Source of the DNA: Pseudomonadota bacterium
Lineage (GTDB): Bacteria > Pseudomonadota > Alphaproteobacteria > Caulobacterales > Hyphomonadaceae
NCBI GenBank assembly: GCA_039196965.1
Contig: JBCCUK010000014.1
Span: 13,227-77,226 of the forward strand
Length of the DNA: 64,000 nucleotides
Direction of reading: 5' to 3'
In this document: positions 47,186 through 56,884 of the stretch, one piece after another
Layout of the letters: every line of letters starts with the position of its first letter
Position numbering within the stretch: position 1 is the first letter of the stretch
Program-made: the position numbers and the translations under genes
Notes under the pieces: model-generated
Told to the model about the DNA's origin: nothing
Databases searched by the model: none
The model's input: the letters and a program-made list of their open reading frames with translations, nothing else

Positions 47186-47668
47186 CTGCGCGACCTATTT
47201 CAACCAAGCCCAATCGGCTGGGTTCGGTCTGACCGGGACCAGCCGATTGATGACGACTGAGATGCTGTCACCGCCTCCATTGAGCTTGATGCTGAAAGGT
47301 TCGCTCCAGAAGCATTGGCCGGGCTTGAGACTTTCTCCCATGCCGAAATTATATTCCTTTTCGACCGTGTGCCGGATGAGAAAATCGAGACAGGCGCTCG
47401 GCACCCGCGCGGGCGAACCGACTGGCTAAAAATCGGCATCTTTGCCCAGCGGGGGAAGAACCGCCCCAACCGCCTCGGGTTGACTACTTGCGAAATTATC
47501 AAGGTTAACGAACTGAAACTGGATCAAAAAGGGCTCGATGCCATCGATGGAACATCCGTCCTCGATATAAAGCCCGTCATGTCAGGTTTCGAACTTCGCG
47601 ACAAAATCATAGAACCAGACTGGGCACATGAGATCATGTCCTCATACTGGATCGCCAAAGACACTTAG
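47186..47668 (+). pseudogene. TrmO/TsaA-like (UPF0066) methyltransferase gene disrupted by an in-frame TGA and lacking a canonical start
   Basis: One frame reads ...FQPSPIGWVRSDRDQPIDDD-TGA(47258-47260)-DAVTASIELDAERFAPEALAGLETFSHAEIIFLF...RHPRGRTDW...GIFAQRGKNRPNRLGLT...DGTSVLDIKPVM. There is no ATG/GTG/TTG between the frame stop at 47147 and the conserved PIGWVRS. Confidence 0.6.
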
Positions 47669-47710
47669 TTCCCTTGCGGATTATACTCTGTAGAATATGA
47701 TGCAACCATT

Positions 47711-48784
47711 GTGAGTGACACATCACACCTCGCCGGGCATTTCAGAGAGCAGGCCGTTTTTTGCACCCAGCTGGGTTCGCCGTTCACGGCGGCGCTCTGC
47801 GAACACATGGTAGGCGATCTGGAAGCTGGCGGTCCAGTAGCAGAATTGATTAGCGACTGGCGCGGTGATCCCAGGAAGGACGCCCTCGCCCTACGCCTTT
47901 GCGGCGCGCTGCACCATGCGGTTCTGACCGGTGCCGCTCCCGATCTGGCAGAAGTCTATCCGAAATCTCTGAACGATTGGGATATGGAGCTTGTCTGGCC
48001 GAGGGCTCAACCGTTTCTTGCTGGCGCGGAAGACCGGGTGCGGGCATTTATCCAGTCTCCTCCGCAGACAAATGAGACGAGGCGATCGATTGCGCTCCTA
48101 CCGGGCTTTCTGAAGATCTCCGCGGCATTTGGAAAACCGCTCAACCTTTTGGAACTCGGAGCCAGCGCGGGGCTAAACCAGAATTGGGATCGTTTCAATT
48201 ATAGCACATCGGGCTGGAGTCGGCCCGGAAGCAGCAATGTCAGTGTCGACACGAACTGGCAGGGACCGCCTCCCCTTCATCTTGATACGGACATCGAAAT
48301 CGCGTCACGAGCCGCATGCGATCAAAATCCGCTGAACATCCATGATCCAGCAGCGGCTATAAAGCTGCGATCCTATGCCTGGCCCGATCAACCGGATCGG
48401 CTTCGACGGTTTGACGCGGCGGTGGCGCTTGCTCGGGAGATGGACACACAAGTGGACCGGGCCGATGCTGCCGAATGGGTGCGGAAGAAACTGATGGACC
48501 GGCTGGAGGGGGTTACCACCGTCGTTTATCACTCGGTGTTCCTGCAATATCCACCTGCCGAGATCATTCGAGCGATCACAACGGCCATCAAAACGGCGGG
48601 GTCAAATGCCACGGAAGCAGCACCACTCGCCTGGCTCTGCTTTGAACCGGAAGGTCTCTTTGGTGGGGACAACACCCTGCCAAGGATGGCGACGAGGTTA
48701 CAGGTTTGGCCAAGCGGAGAAAGCAGCATTCTTTCCCACTCAAATGGCCACGCGACGCTGGTGGAAGCAATTGACGGAGGATAG
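47711..48784 (+). CDS. DUF2332-like protein
   Basis: 357 aa. The N-terminal FREQAVFCTQLGSPFTAALCEHM and ALALRLCGALHHAVL patterns match my memory of DUF2332. GTG start. Confidence 0.5.
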   Translation: MSDTSHLAGHFREQAVFCTQLGSPFTAALCEHMVGDLEAGGPVAELISDWRGDPRKDALALRLCGALHHAVLTGAAPDLAEVYPKSLNDWDMELVWPRAQPFLAGAEDRVRAFIQSPPQTNETRRSIALLPGFLKISAAFGKPLNLLELGASAGLNQNWDRFNYSTSGWSRPGSSNVSVDTNWQGPPPLHLDTDIEIASRAACDQNPLNIHDPAAAIKLRSYAWPDQPDRLRRFDAAVALAREMDTQVDRADAAEWVRKKLMDRLEGVTTVVYHSVFLQYPPAEIIRAITTAIKTAGSNATEAAPLAWLCFEPEGLFGGDNTLPRMATRLQVWPSGESSILSHSNGHATLVEAIDGG

Positions 48785-48866
48785 CACTTGCGTGATTCCG
48801 GCAAGCGCGGCATTCCAATAGCGCCATTGCCGCCCTAGCTTGGCCAGTGAGTAAAGGCTGTCCGAT

Positions 48867-49709
48867 ATGACCCAACCACCGAATGCCTATGGAGACAATG
48901 ATACCGGCCGCAGGTGGATCGTATTGATTATATTCATTCTGCTCGTCGGATTTATCGCTGCGGGTATTTGGTTTTGGTACAATCAGCAGGCCGTCACCGA
49001 GGACACAACGACGCCGCAAATTGTGGCCCAGCAGCGTCCGGTTCTTGAACCACTGCCTGAAGCCGAAATCATCGACACGACACCGGTTACCGATGAAGAG
49101 GCCGTGGCCGACGGAACACTGAAACGGTTCGACGACAATCGCTGGCTGGAGTCCGATGAATTTGTCGGTTTCGATACCGGCCGCAAGCGAGCCGATCTCC
49201 GGATATATATACTAAGTCAGGACTATTCCTGGGTGTTCGGAGATGGGGACACTGTGGAGGGCCGAGCTGGAGTTGCACAACTTGAAGATCTTTTCCAGGG
49301 CGGTGACTTCCAGGATCGCTTTTGTGATGCTGACAGCATTCTCGCCATCGGCACATCTTCATTTGAAGGCCCCCAGGCGCTCAATCATGCCCTTGCCCGC
49401 CAACGTGCAAGGACACTGGTATCGAGGCTCGGAACCGTCCGGCTGAGCTGTGACGATGACAGCCCACGCCTGCTTGCGGCCAGCCTCGGCGAACATGCCG
49501 AAACCTCTCCCTGTCCCGGCCGTGCCAGATGTCCGGAAGCCACATCCTCACAGCGACGGCTGATACTGGTCAGTGTCAGCGCGGCAGAAGGGGGAGTGAA
49601 CTTCAGTGAAGCCCTCTGGTCCGGATTGCAAGGCTTTGATGCCGAACAGCGGAGCTTCTTCCGGGACTTCAGGTTGTCGGATTATGATGAGTTCGAAATT
49701 CTGAACTAA
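48867..49709 (+). CDS. membrane-anchored hypothetical protein
   Basis: Single N-terminal TM (WIVLIIFILLVGFIAAGIWFWY) then a soluble domain. The short stretch GTSSFEGPQALNHALARQRARTLV loosely recalls the OmpA-like NxxLSxxRA motif, but this is not conclusive. Confidence 0.5.
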   Translation: MTQPPNAYGDNDTGRRWIVLIIFILLVGFIAAGIWFWYNQQAVTEDTTTPQIVAQQRPVLEPLPEAEIIDTTPVTDEEAVADGTLKRFDDNRWLESDEFVGFDTGRKRADLRIYILSQDYSWVFGDGDTVEGRAGVAQLEDLFQGGDFQDRFCDADSILAIGTSSFEGPQALNHALARQRARTLVSRLGTVRLSCDDDSPRLLAASLGEHAETSPCPGRARCPEATSSQRRLILVSVSAAEGGVNFSEALWSGLQGFDAEQRSFFRDFRLSDYDEFEILN

Positions 49710-49713
49710 TCGC

Positions 49714-50220
49714 TTAAGCTGTCTCGTCGTCCTGTTGAACCAGGCTGAGGGGCAAAGCCGTCGACCGCTTCGAGACACGGATCACAATCCGGGACTGGAC
49801 ATCGGATACAAGCGCAGAGCCCAAAAGCTTGTCGCGAAGAAAGTCATCATAGGCATGCATGTCGGTTGTCACGACACGGATGATATAATCCACCGCACCG
49901 GTTACGGTCATGCATTCCGATACTTCTTCCCACCCAAGCACCATATCTTCAAACGCCTGAAGGTTGGTGCGGTTCGGCAAAGCGAGCTTCACAGTGGCCA
50001 CGACCTCGAAGTTGAGACCAAGCTGATCGCGATCAAGCAGGGTCACCCGGCGCTGAATGATACCCTGCTCTTCCATCCGCTTGATACGGCGCCAGCAGGG
50101 CGACGATGACAGGCCAACCTGATCGGCAATCTCCGCAACGGAAAGACCGGCATCTCCCTGGACCAATTCGAGAATCTTCGCATCAACGCTATCGAGCAGA
50201 TCTGGCAAATCATCCCCCAT
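49714..50220 (-). CDS. Lrp/AsnC family transcriptional regulator
   Basis: HTH DAKILELVQGDAGLSVAEIADQVGLSSSPCWRRIKRMEEQGII plus a C-terminal RAM/AsnC_trans_reg domain. Confidence 0.9.
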   Translation of the reverse strand: MGDDLPDLLDSVDAKILELVQGDAGLSVAEIADQVGLSSSPCWRRIKRMEEQGIIQRRVTLLDRDQLGLNFEVVATVKLALPNRTNLQAFEDMVLGWEEVSECMTVTGAVDYIIRVVTTDMHAYDDFLRDKLLGSALVSDVQSRIVIRVSKRSTALPLSLVQQDDETA

Positions 50221-50384
50221 TTTTGCATATTAAAGGCAGTATTTTCCCACTTACACACCATATTTAGCATGAAATGCAAGCAATTTCTGCGGCGGAGTTT
50301 CACATCGGCTCAACGCCGTTTACACTGCATCCATCGGACGGATGCTTATTGTGAAGGGAACCAGCGCAAGCGTATAATGCTCAC

Positions 50385-50876
50385 ATGGCAGATTACGGAC
50401 GCATAATCGGTATCGCTCGCAGAGGCGAACGCCGCGCGCCAATGGAAAAGATCAGAGCAGGTAAAATCTCTGTCGCCGCTGGCCTTGATGGCGATTTCAA
50501 AGGCACCAAACATCGAAAGAGACAGATAACGATCCTCGCTGAAGAAGATTGGCAGGCCGCCCTTTCCGATCTACCGGAAGATGGTGCGAGCCTTCCCTGG
50601 ACAGTGCGGCGAGCAAACCTATTGTGCCACGGCCTGCGATTACCGAGAGCAAAAGGTGCGATCTTAAAAATCGGCAATGTCGAGTTGGAAGTGACGGGCC
50701 AGACCTGGCCCTGCAAACGGATGGACGAGGCATTTTCTGGCCTCCTCAAGGCTCTGTCGCAGGAATGGCGGGGCGGTGTGACATGCGCCGTGCTCCACGG
50801 CGGCGAGGTTGAACTTGGCGATACTATCGAAATTGTCTCGGCCCCTGAGGAGATCGTCCGAACACTTCCGGGGTAG
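50385..50876 (+). CDS. MOSC domain protein
   Basis: 163 aa; RQITILAEEDW, RANLL..G and TGQTWPCKRMDE patterns typical of small MOSC proteins. Divergent from the Lrp gene. Confidence 0.7.
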   Translation: MADYGRIIGIARRGERRAPMEKIRAGKISVAAGLDGDFKGTKHRKRQITILAEEDWQAALSDLPEDGASLPWTVRRANLLCHGLRLPRAKGAILKIGNVELEVTGQTWPCKRMDEAFSGLLKALSQEWRGGVTCAVLHGGEVELGDTIEIVSAPEEIVRTLPG

Positions 50877-50927
50877 GCTTTGGGGAGCGTCAGCTCAACA
50901 GCCTTGAGCGCGTCTCATGAGAGTTTT

Positions 50928-52376
50928 TTACTCCGCGGGATCCTTTGAACGGGAGATGATGGCGGTCGTGGAATGGCCTTGAAGTAAAGGCACAATGTGG
51001 ACGGTTCCACCCCGGGCCGTGACGGTGTCCGCACCGACAATATCCTGAAGCGCGTAATCGCCGCCTTTAACGAGAAGATCAGGTTGGAGACGTTCGATCA
51101 GATCAATCGGTGTATCTTCCTCAAAGAGGACAACTCCATCAACGGAAGACAGGGCGGAAAGAAGGCGCGCACGGGACGCCTCATCATTGACCGGGCGAGC
51201 CTCCCCCTTCAGGCGGCGAACCGAAGCATCGGAATTCAGCCCTACAATAAGCCGGTCGCAGCGAGACTTCGCTTCCTCCAACACTTTAAGATGCCCGGGG
51301 TGCAGAATATCGAAGCAGCCATTGGTAAAGCCAATGATCTCGCGTGCTCCTCTCCACCGTTCAACAAGGTCGAGCGCCGTATCCATTGGCATGACGTCGC
51401 CATTGTCATTGTCGAGAAGTTCGGCCGCAGTGACGGTGGCCGTGCCGGCCTTGGTCACGGCGATGCCCGAGGCGAGAAGGGAATACTCCGCCGCAAGTGA
51501 GAGGGGCACGCCGGAAGCAATGGCAATTCCAAGGGCAGCAAGGCTGGTATCGCCGGCACCAGAGACATCATACACATCACGAGCTTCGCCGCGCATATGG
51601 CGGACAGTGGGCTCTGTTCGCTCGATGAATGAGAGCCCCTTGGCAGCCCGGGTCACCATTATGGCGTCGGCCGCGCAGAGGCCGAGCGCCTTTTCCAGGG
51701 CGGCCTCAATCTCGGCATCGGTGCCCGTGGGCAGGTTGGTAACGGCAGCCAGCTCACCGGCGTTAGGTTTGATCAAGGCAACCGGGCCATAGCGGGCAAG
51801 ATCATGACCCTTAGGGTCAACCACAAGAGGCACGCGGTCATCTTTGCCAGCTTTCAACGCGGTAGCAATGGTCTTTTCCGTCACACTTCCCTTGGCATAG
51901 TCGGAGATAAGGATCGCTGTCGCGCCGCTTGCAGCTCGGGATATCTCGCTGACCAGGCTGCGCTCGGTTTCCCAATCAAGATCAGTGACCGGTTCCTTGT
52001 CGACGCGCAGCAATTGCTGGCCTGAGGACACAAACCGCTTCTTCTGGATCGTAGCGAGGGTCGAGCTCTGAACTAGAAAGGAGGCAATCTCATCCGCTCG
52101 ACCGAGGAGCGTGCGCAGGGCATCGCCTGGACCGTCGGCACCAACGGCGGCGACAAGGCGAGCTCGAGCCCCAAGGGCGGCGAGATTGCGGGCCGTGTTT
52201 GCCGCGCCACCCGGCATTTCGATACGATGGGTTTCGCGCAGCACAGGCACAGGCGCTTCGGGCGAAACGCGCTCAACATCGCCGTAGATGAAGGTATCGA
52301 GCATGGCATCGCCGAGGCAGAGCACGCATTGGTTTCGCGCGCTAAGGATCAGAGACTTCAGGGCCTGGCCGGTCAT
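50928..52376 (-). CDS. hldE: bifunctional D-beta-D-heptose 7-phosphate kinase / D-beta-D-heptose 1-phosphate adenylyltransferase
   Basis: N-terminal PfkB-type kinase (GGAANTARN, DVSGAGDT) fused to a cytidylyltransferase domain (GFTNGCFDILHPGHL). Confidence 0.9.
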   Translation of the reverse strand: MTGQALKSLILSARNQCVLCLGDAMLDTFIYGDVERVSPEAPVPVLRETHRIEMPGGAANTARNLAALGARARLVAAVGADGPGDALRTLLGRADEIASFLVQSSTLATIQKKRFVSSGQQLLRVDKEPVTDLDWETERSLVSEISRAASGATAILISDYAKGSVTEKTIATALKAGKDDRVPLVVDPKGHDLARYGPVALIKPNAGELAAVTNLPTGTDAEIEAALEKALGLCAADAIMVTRAAKGLSFIERTEPTVRHMRGEARDVYDVSGAGDTSLAALGIAIASGVPLSLAAEYSLLASGIAVTKAGTATVTAAELLDNDNGDVMPMDTALDLVERWRGAREIIGFTNGCFDILHPGHLKVLEEAKSRCDRLIVGLNSDASVRRLKGEARPVNDEASRARLLSALSSVDGVVLFEEDTPIDLIERLQPDLLVKGGDYALQDIVGADTVTARGGTVHIVPLLQGHSTTAIISRSKDPAE

Positions 52377-52393
52377 TGGCGCACCATGGCCTG

Positions 52394-53272
52394 TCAGGCC
52401 CGATCCTGGCGCGCGTGAGCTTTGGCGAGGGCATCAAATTTCATAATGCGCACCATGACCCGTTCAATATCTTCCAGGCGGATCATGTTCGGGCCATCGG
52501 AGGGCGCATTATCCGGATCCTCATGGACTTCGATGAAGACGCAAGCGACACCGATGGCAGCGGCGGCATTGGCGAGGATTGGTGCGAAGTCGCGCTGACC
52601 GCCGCTGGCATCGCCCTTCCCGCCCGGCTGCTGTACCGAATGGGTGGCGTCGAAAACCACTGGGCAGCCCGTCGCCTTCATCTCCGGAATGGCACGCATA
52701 TCGTTGACTTGCGTGTTATAGCCGAAGCTTACGCCGCGCTCTGTGAGGAGGATATCGCGGGCACCGCCGGCGAGAAGTTTTGTAACCACGTTCTTCATGT
52801 CCCAGGGCGCGAGGAACTGACCCTTTTTGACATTGACCACCCTGCCCGTCTCGGCAGCTGCAAGGAGGAGGTCCGTCTGGCGGCAGAGAAAGGCCGGGAT
52901 CTGGAGCACGTCGATGACGCTGGCGGCTGGGGCGCATTGCTCTGCAGTGTGGATGTCGGTGAGGACGGGAAGCCCGGTTTCCGCCTTGACCTCTTCAAAG
53001 ATGGGCAGAGCCTCATCGAGGCCGGGACCGCGAAAGCTCGACACGCTGGTACGGTTCGCCTTGTCGAAGCTCGTCTTGTAAATGAGTTTTGCGCCGATGC
53101 GGCTGGCGATTTCGGCAAGCGCCGCTGACATTTTCAGGGCGTGATCGCGGGTCTCAAGTGCGCAGGGTCCGGCAATGAAGACGACAGGGGCCTCATTCGA
53201 TATTTCGATCTCGCCGGCCGCAGCGGGCAGACGCACCGTATGGTTGGGTAGCAGGTTTGCCGTATCGGCCAT
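52394..53272 (-). CDS. kdsA: 3-deoxy-8-phosphooctulonate synthase
   Basis: [28 protein letters not shown] and EVHEDP motifs; 292 aa. Directly upstream of hldE. Confidence 0.9.
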   Translation of the reverse strand: MADTANLLPNHTVRLPAAAGEIEISNEAPVVFIAGPCALETRDHALKMSAALAEIASRIGAKLIYKTSFDKANRTSVSSFRGPGLDEALPIFEEVKAETGLPVLTDIHTAEQCAPAASVIDVLQIPAFLCRQTDLLLAAAETGRVVNVKKGQFLAPWDMKNVVTKLLAGGARDILLTERGVSFGYNTQVNDMRAIPEMKATGCPVVFDATHSVQQPGGKGDASGGQRDFAPILANAAAAIGVACVFIEVHEDPDNAPSDGPNMIRLEDIERVMVRIMKFDALAKAHARQDRA

Positions 53273-53460
53273 GGGGGCTCCGACCGTTTCTATCGTTCCA
53301 ATCTCTTAAACCGATCGCACAGCGTTTTAAACCATGCTCTGAGTGCGGGGATGTTTTTTTCAAATTCCCGGCAAATGCAGCGAATGGATTGGCCGCTGCT
53401 TGGCCGCGCCCTAACTTTCTGGTTCGTAGAGACACTGTCGCAGTACGGGGCCGAATTACC

Positions 53461-54783
53461 ATGAAAATTGCCGTCGTCGGTTCGGGGATATCCGGACTGT
53501 CCGCAGCCTGGGCCCTGAAAGATACGGCCGATGTCACCTTATTCGAAAAGCGGGAGAGGATTGGCGGTCATAGCTGCACCAAAACGGTGGACTATGACGG
53601 CCGCAAGATCGAGGTCGATGTCGGCTTCATTGTTTATAACGCCCTGAATTATCCCAATCTTATCGCCTTTTTCGACGCGCTGGATGTGGAAACCGAACGG
53701 AGCGATATGAGCTTTGCCGTATCCAATCCGAGCGGATATGAGTGGTCGTCAAATGTGCGGGGCTTCTTCGCTCAAAAGCGCAATCTGTTCGATCCCGCTT
53801 TTCACCACTTCTGGAGATCAATCCTGCGGTTCAACGACATTGCCAGAGAGGAACTCGATTCCCGCCGGGTGAAAGACACGACCCTTGGCGCATGGCTGGA
53901 CCGCCATGGTTTCGATGAGAATTTCCGGGAGAATTATATCCTGCCGATGGGGGCGGCGATCTGGTCCACGCCGGAAGACAGGATGCTGGAGTATCCGGCC
54001 CTGAGCTTCTTCCGATTTTTCGACAATCATCGGTTGATGCACAAGGAAAGGCCGCATTGGCGGACAGTCACTGGAGGCAGTCAGTCTTATGTGAAAAAGG
54101 TCGTTGCCGCTCTTGGAGACCGGGTGCGTGCAGGAACGGAAATCCGCGACGTGTCTAGGTTTGGTGACCAAGTGAAACTGGAAGCATCTGATGGCCGGCA
54201 ACATGTGTTCGACCATGTCATTCTGGCCAGCCATTCTGATCAATCACTGGCCATGCTCGGCGACGAGTTTGAGGACCGCCGGTTCATGCTGCGCTCCATC
54301 CATTATCGCCCGAACCAGATTTATCTACACCGGGACCCCGCTCTTATGCCGAAACACCGGTCGGCCTGGGCGGCATGGAATGTACTGCGCCAGGAGGGTG
54401 AAGACATCTGCCTGACCTATTGGATGAACACGCTGCAAAACCTGCCAAAGGCATGCCCACTTTTCGTGACGCTGAATCCAAATATGCCTCCGGCGGAAGA
54501 CAAGACCTTTTCCAGCTTCACTTTCGACCATCCACAGTTCGACACGCCGGCCGAAGCTGCTGTACGCGAAATCAAGCGGGTGAATGGCGAAGGTGGGCTT
54601 TGGCTTGCTGGAGCATGGATGGGTTCAGGTTTCCATGAGGACGGCTTGAAATCGGGCCTTGAAACTGCTCTCTCTCTTGGCGGAAAGGTGCCTTGGGTGC
54701 CACAGAATATCTCGCCGCGGCGCGCACCGGAAAAGGTCGCCGCCGAAGGAGCTCATTTGAAAATCGTGGGTAAGAATGGCTAG
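53461..54783 (+). CDS. FAD/NAD(P)-binding oxidoreductase (amine-oxidase/desaturase-like; UfaD-like)
   Basis: ORF trimmed to MKIAVVGSGISGLSAAWAL (Rossmann GxGxxG). About 440 aa. The family is typically found upstream of DUF1365 and CFA-synthase-like genes. Confidence 0.75.
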   Translation: MKIAVVGSGISGLSAAWALKDTADVTLFEKRERIGGHSCTKTVDYDGRKIEVDVGFIVYNALNYPNLIAFFDALDVETERSDMSFAVSNPSGYEWSSNVRGFFAQKRNLFDPAFHHFWRSILRFNDIAREELDSRRVKDTTLGAWLDRHGFDENFRENYILPMGAAIWSTPEDRMLEYPALSFFRFFDNHRLMHKERPHWRTVTGGSQSYVKKVVAALGDRVRAGTEIRDVSRFGDQVKLEASDGRQHVFDHVILASHSDQSLAMLGDEFEDRRFMLRSIHYRPNQIYLHRDPALMPKHRSAWAAWNVLRQEGEDICLTYWMNTLQNLPKACPLFVTLNPNMPPAEDKTFSSFTFDHPQFDTPAEAAVREIKRVNGEGGLWLAGAWMGSGFHEDGLKSGLETALSLGGKVPWVPQNISPRRAPEKVAAEGAHLKIVGKNG

Positions 54784-55594
54784 TTCCAAATCGCCCGAAA
54801 ATAGCGCGCCAGCGCTTCAACTCTATCTCGGACAAACGCGCCACAGCCGTTTTGTTCCGTTCGAACAGTCTTTCGCATACAAGCTGTTTCTGATCGATCT
54901 AGATATCGACAGGCTGCAAGACGCCGGGCGGATATGCCGGTTATTCAGCTTCGAGAAACCAAACCTTTTCTCGTTCCGCCGCCGTGATCATGGACAGCGA
55001 GAGGATGTCGACTTGCGACCGTGGGCGGAGGCGAAGTTCGCCGAGGCCAATGTGGATTTACAGGGTGGCTCAATTCGCCTCATCACTTTTCCGAGGCATG
55101 TTTTTTACAAATTTTCGCCCATCTCGCTTTGGTTCGGGTACCAGCCCGATGGGAGCCTGAGTGGCATTATCTATGAAGTGAACAATACGTTCGGCCAGAC
55201 CCACTCTTACGTTGCCGCAGCATCCGATAATCTGATGCGTCATAGCGCACAGAAAAACCTCTATGTCTCACCGTTTTTCGACGTGTCAGGTGCCTATAAG
55301 TTTACCATCCGTCCTCCGGGACAGCACCTCAATCTTGTCGTCGACAATTTCGAGGATGAAAAACGGATACATATGGCAAATATAAGAGCTGTCCGCGAAG
55401 CGGCGTCCGACGGTGCTTTTCTGCGCGCAGCTGCTGCGCGACCATTGTCCACCCATGGCGTTACTTTAGGTATCCACTGGGAGGCGCTAAAACTCTGGTT
55501 GAAGGGGGCCGGCTATCGCTCAAAGCCAGCGCCCCATCCAAAAGCGGCCACCCGCGCTGCGCCAGTTGCAGGTGCACCCCACAAAGTATTATAA
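54776..55594 (+). CDS. DUF1365 family protein (UfaO-like)
   Basis: 272 aa; N-terminal LYLGQTRHSRF..FAYKLFL and RLFSF..RDHG patterns typical of DUF1365. 8-bp overlap with the upstream gene. Confidence 0.75.
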   Translation: MASSKSPENSAPALQLYLGQTRHSRFVPFEQSFAYKLFLIDLDIDRLQDAGRICRLFSFEKPNLFSFRRRDHGQREDVDLRPWAEAKFAEANVDLQGGSIRLITFPRHVFYKFSPISLWFGYQPDGSLSGIIYEVNNTFGQTHSYVAAASDNLMRHSAQKNLYVSPFFDVSGAYKFTIRPPGQHLNLVVDNFEDEKRIHMANIRAVREAASDGAFLRAAAARPLSTHGVTLGIHWEALKLWLKGAGYRSKPAPHPKAATRAAPVAGAPHKVL

Positions 55595-55603
55595 CTGAAT
55601 AAA

Positions 55604-56848
55604 ATGACTATGGCTGACTATATAACCGCTTCGGCGAAAACAATTCGACAACTTCAGAACGTGCCCGCAAGCTTTAAACTTGCAGGCTTCGCACTATTAT
55701 CTGCAGATAGCGGAACCCTGGTCATCCAGCTTCCAGATGGACGCTCAGTGAAGTTTGACAGCGGCGTGGAGGGCACCGATGCAGAAATCCACGTACACGA
55801 ATATTCTTTTGCAAAACGCGCTATTTCCAGTGGCGATATTGGATTTGCCGAAAGCTATATGGATGGAGAGTGGTCGACTCCAGATTTAACTGCGGTATTG
55901 CGCTACTTCTCCGATAATTTCGATGCTGTTGGAAATGGCAACCTTGCCCGGGGCCGGGCGCTCATGAAGTGGATCAATAAAATCCGCCACGGGTTGAACA
56001 AGAACAGCCGCAAGGGGGCTCGGCGGAACATTATGAGCCATTATGATCTTGGCAATGAATTCTATAGCCAGTGGCTGGACCCTAGTATGACATATTCTTC
56101 GGGTATTTACGCAAGTCCGAATACAAGCCTGGAGCACTCTCAGGCGGCAAAGTATGATGCCATCTGTAACAGCCTTGATCTCGGTTCAAAAAGCGAAGTT
56201 CTGGAAATTGGCTGCGGCTGGGGCGGTTTTGCGGAATATGCCGCGAGTCAGAGGGGCGCAAAAGTTACTTGCCTGACCATATCGGAGGCGCAGCGCGAGT
56301 ACGCCGAAGCCCGGATGCGGGGCCAGGGTTTGGAAGACCGGGTTGAAATTCGCCTTGAGGACTACCGCGACCATAGAGGTGCCTATGATGCAGTCGCATC
56401 GATCGAAATGTTCGAAGCGGTTGGCGAACGGTATTGGCCGGATTATTTTTCAAAAATTCAGTCCGTTTTAAAGCCCGGCGCACGGGCGGCATTGCAGATT
56501 ATTACAATAGATGATCAGCTATTTGAAAGTTACCGCACACGGACAGACTTTATCCAGAGATATATATTCCCTGGCGGCATGCTGCCGAGTGAAGAGGCGT
56601 TGAAAGATCAGTTCTCCCAGGCCGACCTCCGATATGATGAAACGCGCTACTTCGGACAAGATTATGCACGGACACTGAACAGTTGGGCCAAGCGCTTTAA
56701 TGATGCGTGGCCAGATATCGCAAAACTAGGCTTCGATCAGCCATTCCAGCGCATGTGGAACTTTTATCTTAGTTACTGTGAAGCAGGCTTCAAAGGTGGC
56801 CGGATAAATGTCGGTCAGTTCGTCCTGTCGAAACCGGGTTCAAATTAG
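55604..56848 (+). CDS. cyclopropane-fatty-acyl-phospholipid synthase family SAM-dependent methyltransferase
   Basis: HYDLGNEFYSQWLDPSMTYSSG, VLEIGCGWGGFAEYAA and YLSYCEAGF motifs of the CFA/mycolic-acid methyltransferase family. Confidence 0.85.
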   Translation: MTMADYITASAKTIRQLQNVPASFKLAGFALLSADSGTLVIQLPDGRSVKFDSGVEGTDAEIHVHEYSFAKRAISSGDIGFAESYMDGEWSTPDLTAVLRYFSDNFDAVGNGNLARGRALMKWINKIRHGLNKNSRKGARRNIMSHYDLGNEFYSQWLDPSMTYSSGIYASPNTSLEHSQAAKYDAICNSLDLGSKSEVLEIGCGWGGFAEYAASQRGAKVTCLTISEAQREYAEARMRGQGLEDRVEIRLEDYRDHRGAYDAVASIEMFEAVGERYWPDYFSKIQSVLKPGARAALQIITIDDQLFESYRTRTDFIQRYIFPGGMLPSEEALKDQFSQADLRYDETRYFGQDYARTLNSWAKRFNDAWPDIAKLGFDQPFQRMWNFYLSYCEAGFKGGRINVGQFVLSKPGSN

Positions 56849-56884
56849 GGGTAATCTGGCGTTCCTGGCTGGTGCGGCATCGGC

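Noticed and set aside
50893-50930. Hairpin GCTCAA-N5-TTGAGC followed, 14 nt later, by TTTTTT, between the MOSC gene and hldE.
   Set aside because: The stem is only 6 bp and the T-run is not adjacent to it. This is too weak to annotate as a terminator.
53273-53460. Search for an ECF/sigmaE-type (singlet-oxygen) promoter upstream of the UfaD-like operon.
   Set aside because: I could not identify a confident -35/-10 pair by eye and do not trust my memory of the consensus well enough to call one.
53257-53460. N-terminal extensions proposed by the ORF track: 53257 for the FAD oxidoreductase, 10709 for EVE, 2316 for folD, 1238 for the beta-lactamase, 58684 for sseA and 41622 for the peptidase.
   Set aside because: In each case the family-typical N-terminus or signal peptide begins at an internal ATG that has a Shine-Dalgarno sequence or a coupling overlap. 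The extension either overlaps the neighbouring gene or is low-complexity.
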